Source of the DNA: Macrostomum lignano
Lineage: Eukaryota
DNA length: 64,000 nucleotides
Direction: 5' to 3'
Assembly: GCA_002269645.1 (NCBI GenBank)
Contig: NIVC01000393.1
Location: 372,001 to 436,000 of the forward strand
The notes beneath the pieces are model-generated. The model had not been told where the DNA came from and did not search any database. It saw only the letters and a program-made list of their open reading frames with translations. The translations under genes and the position numbers were made by a program. Position 1 is the first letter of the stretch, and every line of letters begins with the position of its first letter. Below are positions 62,016 to 64,000 of the stretch, piece after piece.

Positions 62016-64000
62016 ATGACTTCAAAGCGAACGCAAAATGCCAAAGCCACTGCCAACATTCAATTCGCAGTCAGCCTGCTTAGCGAGTCCCTGCGTGACA
62101 TTCTCGAAAACAGTTTCAACATTAAAGATCGACTCGATTTTAACAAATCACTAGAAATGTTGGGCGATAAATTCAAAGAAATATTTCCTGATTTGGAAGG
62201 CTGGAAGCAACGGCAGCTGGAGCAATATTTTCAGAGAGCAAAAACAATCACTAGTCGACTGTCTGTTCAAAATTTTGATTTCGATAGGTGTGAGCACGAT
62301 TTAGAGTGTCTGTTGAGGCTGGCGACTTTGCTGGGTTTTAGCGAGTGTCACAAACAAATTATAAACTTTTCTGGAGTCATAATTGAAGACTGGGAGAAGC
62401 TAAAGGCTGAAGGCAATGATTTTTATAAAAACGGAAAATGGACGGAGGCCATGAACTGCTATTCTAGGGCAATTAAAAGCACTTCAAATGTTGCTGTATT
62501 GTTCTCAAACCGAGCTCTGTGCGAAATTAACCTGCGCAAGTTCGATCTCGCACGCGAGGACGCAGAGGACGCGATCGAGCTGGACCCGGTTAAATTGTAC
62601 AGGATTCTTTCCGAGACGCTTTTCAAACTGCGGCTGTATCAGCAGGCAGCTGATGTGTGCAAAGCCGGTTTGAAAATCTCTTCAACAGACGAGACCCTTC
62701 TTATGAGAGTGCGTCTTTGCGATGAGCTTGTCCTAGACAGCGAGCAGCAGTCAAATGCAGATCGGAGCAAAGTAGGGCAGGACCCAACAGTTCACAAGAA
62801 GCTGCGAGACTGCCAAGTGGAAAGTACATCGGACATTTCACCTGACGAGGTGCACCCCATGGACAGCGCCGTTTTGCAGAGCATCAGCGAGCTGGATAAG
62901 GCCCACCAGATTCTGCAGTCAGGCAGAGGCGACATCGGTGAAGAGCAGAAGGCGTTTGAGATCTTCGAGTCCGTTGCAAAGCAAGGCAGTGCGCAGGGTT
63001 TGTACAACATGGCCATCATGTACAAAGACGGCAATGCAGGACTGGCTCGAGATCCAGCAAAGCATTTCCAGCTGTGCCTCCAAGCCGCCGAGCAAAATCC
63101 GTACTTATCGGCCATGGACGATGTGTTTCTCAACATTGGCGTGGCGGAGGCGGAGAACGCCCTCGGTGTGGCTTACAGAGACGGCATGGCCGTGGACAAG
63201 GATGACAAGCTCGCTTTCAAATGGTTTCTGAAGTCCGCTCGTCACGGCTACGCATCTGCCATGAGCAACCTCGGGCTGGCCTTCTACAACGGAACTGGCT
63301 GCGAGCGGAGCCCGACCTCCGCCCGATGGTGGCTCCAGAAAGCCGCGGACCTCGGACAGTCGGAGGCGCAGCTGAAATTAGCTGGGATGCTCATCGAAGG
63401 CGAGGGAGGACCAGCCGACTCTGAGAAGGCGGTTGAGCTGCTCAAAGCAGCTGCAAACCAGGGCCTGCCAGGTGCTCTGGAGGCGCTACAGCAGCAAATG
63501 CGGCGCGGAGCCACGAAGGCAAAGCGCATGAACTCAGCAAGAAAAATCGTGGAAGAGAAGGCAGCTGCTAACGACAAAGAGGCACTGTTTCTTCTCGGAA
63601 TGAACTATTTGCAGGGAGAAGGAGGATTCGAGCAGGACTTTGAACTCGCGGAATCGTACTTGAGAAAAGCATTCGATCGGAATCACGAGAAGGCTGCTTT
63701 TGTGCTTGGTAATTTGTTTTTGCGATTACGAAGGAACAAAGATTCCGTGTACTTCCTACGGCATGCTGCTGAGAACGGTAATGAAGAGGCCCAGTGGACA
63801 CTTGGGTTCCTGTTGAGTATCGGGCATGGCTGCGATCGAGATGCTGCCGAAGCTCGGATTTGGATGCTTCGTTCCAAGAAGCAGAGTAAAAAGTGTATCG
63901 ATGATCTGATTGAACAGAGTTCACAATTTGTACGAGTGGAAGCTGCTAGAGGTCTTTCAACAAAAGATGGACTCAGCCAGCTCGAGAGAATCGAAAGACT
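62016..64000 (+). CDS. TPR + SEL1-like repeat protein, at least 661 aa, uninterrupted ORF running off the window
   Basis: Hand translation from ATG 62016 shows no stop to 64000. It contains an N-terminal ~120-aa helical region, a 3-TPR clamp (EKLKAEGNDFYKNGKWTEAMNCYSRAI; LFSNRALCEINL) and about 7 SEL1 repeats (AENALGVAYRDGMAVDKDDKLAFKWFLKSARHG; AMSNLGLAFYNGTGCERS; AQWTLGFLLSIGHGCDRD). Confidence 0.9.
   Translation, partial: MTSKRTQNAKATANIQFAVSLLSESLRDILENSFNIKDRLDFNKSLEMLGDKFKEIFPDLEGWKQRQLEQYFQRAKTITSRLSVQNFDFDRCEHDLECLLRLATLLGFSECHKQIINFSGVIIEDWEKLKAEGNDFYKNGKWTEAMNCYSRAIKSTSNVAVLFSNRALCEINLRKFDLAREDAEDAIELDPVKLYRILSETLFKLRLYQQAADVCKAGLKISSTDETLLMRVRLCDELVLDSEQQSNADRSKVGQDPTVHKKLRDCQVESTSDISPDEVHPMDSAVLQSISELDKAHQILQSGRGDIGEEQKAFEIFESVAKQGSAQGLYNMAIMYKDGNAGLARDPAKHFQLCLQAAEQNPYLSAMDDVFLNIGVAEAENALGVAYRDGMAVDKDDKLAFKWFLKSARHGYASAMSNLGLAFYNGTGCERSPTSARWWLQKAADLGQSEAQLKLAGMLIEGEGGPADSEKAVELLKAAANQGLPGALEALQQQMRRGATKAKRMNSARKIVEEKAAANDKEALFLLGMNYLQGEGGFEQDFELAESYLRKAFDRNHEKAAFVLGNLFLRLRRNKDSVYFLRHAAENGNEEAQWTLGFLLSIGHGCDRDAAEARIWMLRSKKQSKKCIDDLIEQSSQFVRVEAARGLSTKDGLSQLERIER

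Overview
Eukaryotic (invertebrate animal) genomic DNA, not prokaryotic. It has spliceosomal GT-AG introns, GC3-rich exons in AT-rich DNA, and abundant transposons and minisatellites. The overall style resembles a free-living flatworm such as Macrostomum (inference only). Intact-looking genes: CPSF6/CFIm68 (2 coding exons, 5.9-kb intron), a CYP2-clan cytochrome P450 (3 exons, 509 aa), cytoplasmic tryptophanyl-tRNA synthetase (4 exons, 410 aa), and a TPR + SEL1-repeat protein whose ORF runs off the right edge (absent from the ORF track). Disrupted genes: a secreted PAN-like + fibrinogen-domain gene and two related MAP3K/STE-like kinases with an unusual HRDIN catalytic loop, one apparently fused to ankyrin repeats. 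Mobile DNA: a decayed Ty3/Gypsy 3' end with a 103-bp LTR, a young 1.3-kb non-coding LTR (TRIM-like) element, an internally deleted mariner, at least five TIR elements with 8-bp TSDs, two tRNA/CORE-like SINEs, Helitron-like ends, and many tandem arrays. Most notable observations: (i) a nested MITE carries a 64-bp piece of 28S rRNA whose changes cluster on the R2/I-PpoI target site; (ii) directional CpG decay of repeat copies in and around the CPSF6 locus; (iii) the HRDIN ankyrin-kinase family; (iv) satellites that appear to have arisen inside transposons. Exon boundaries were worked out by hand and are approximate to a few bases where stated. No database search could be run.
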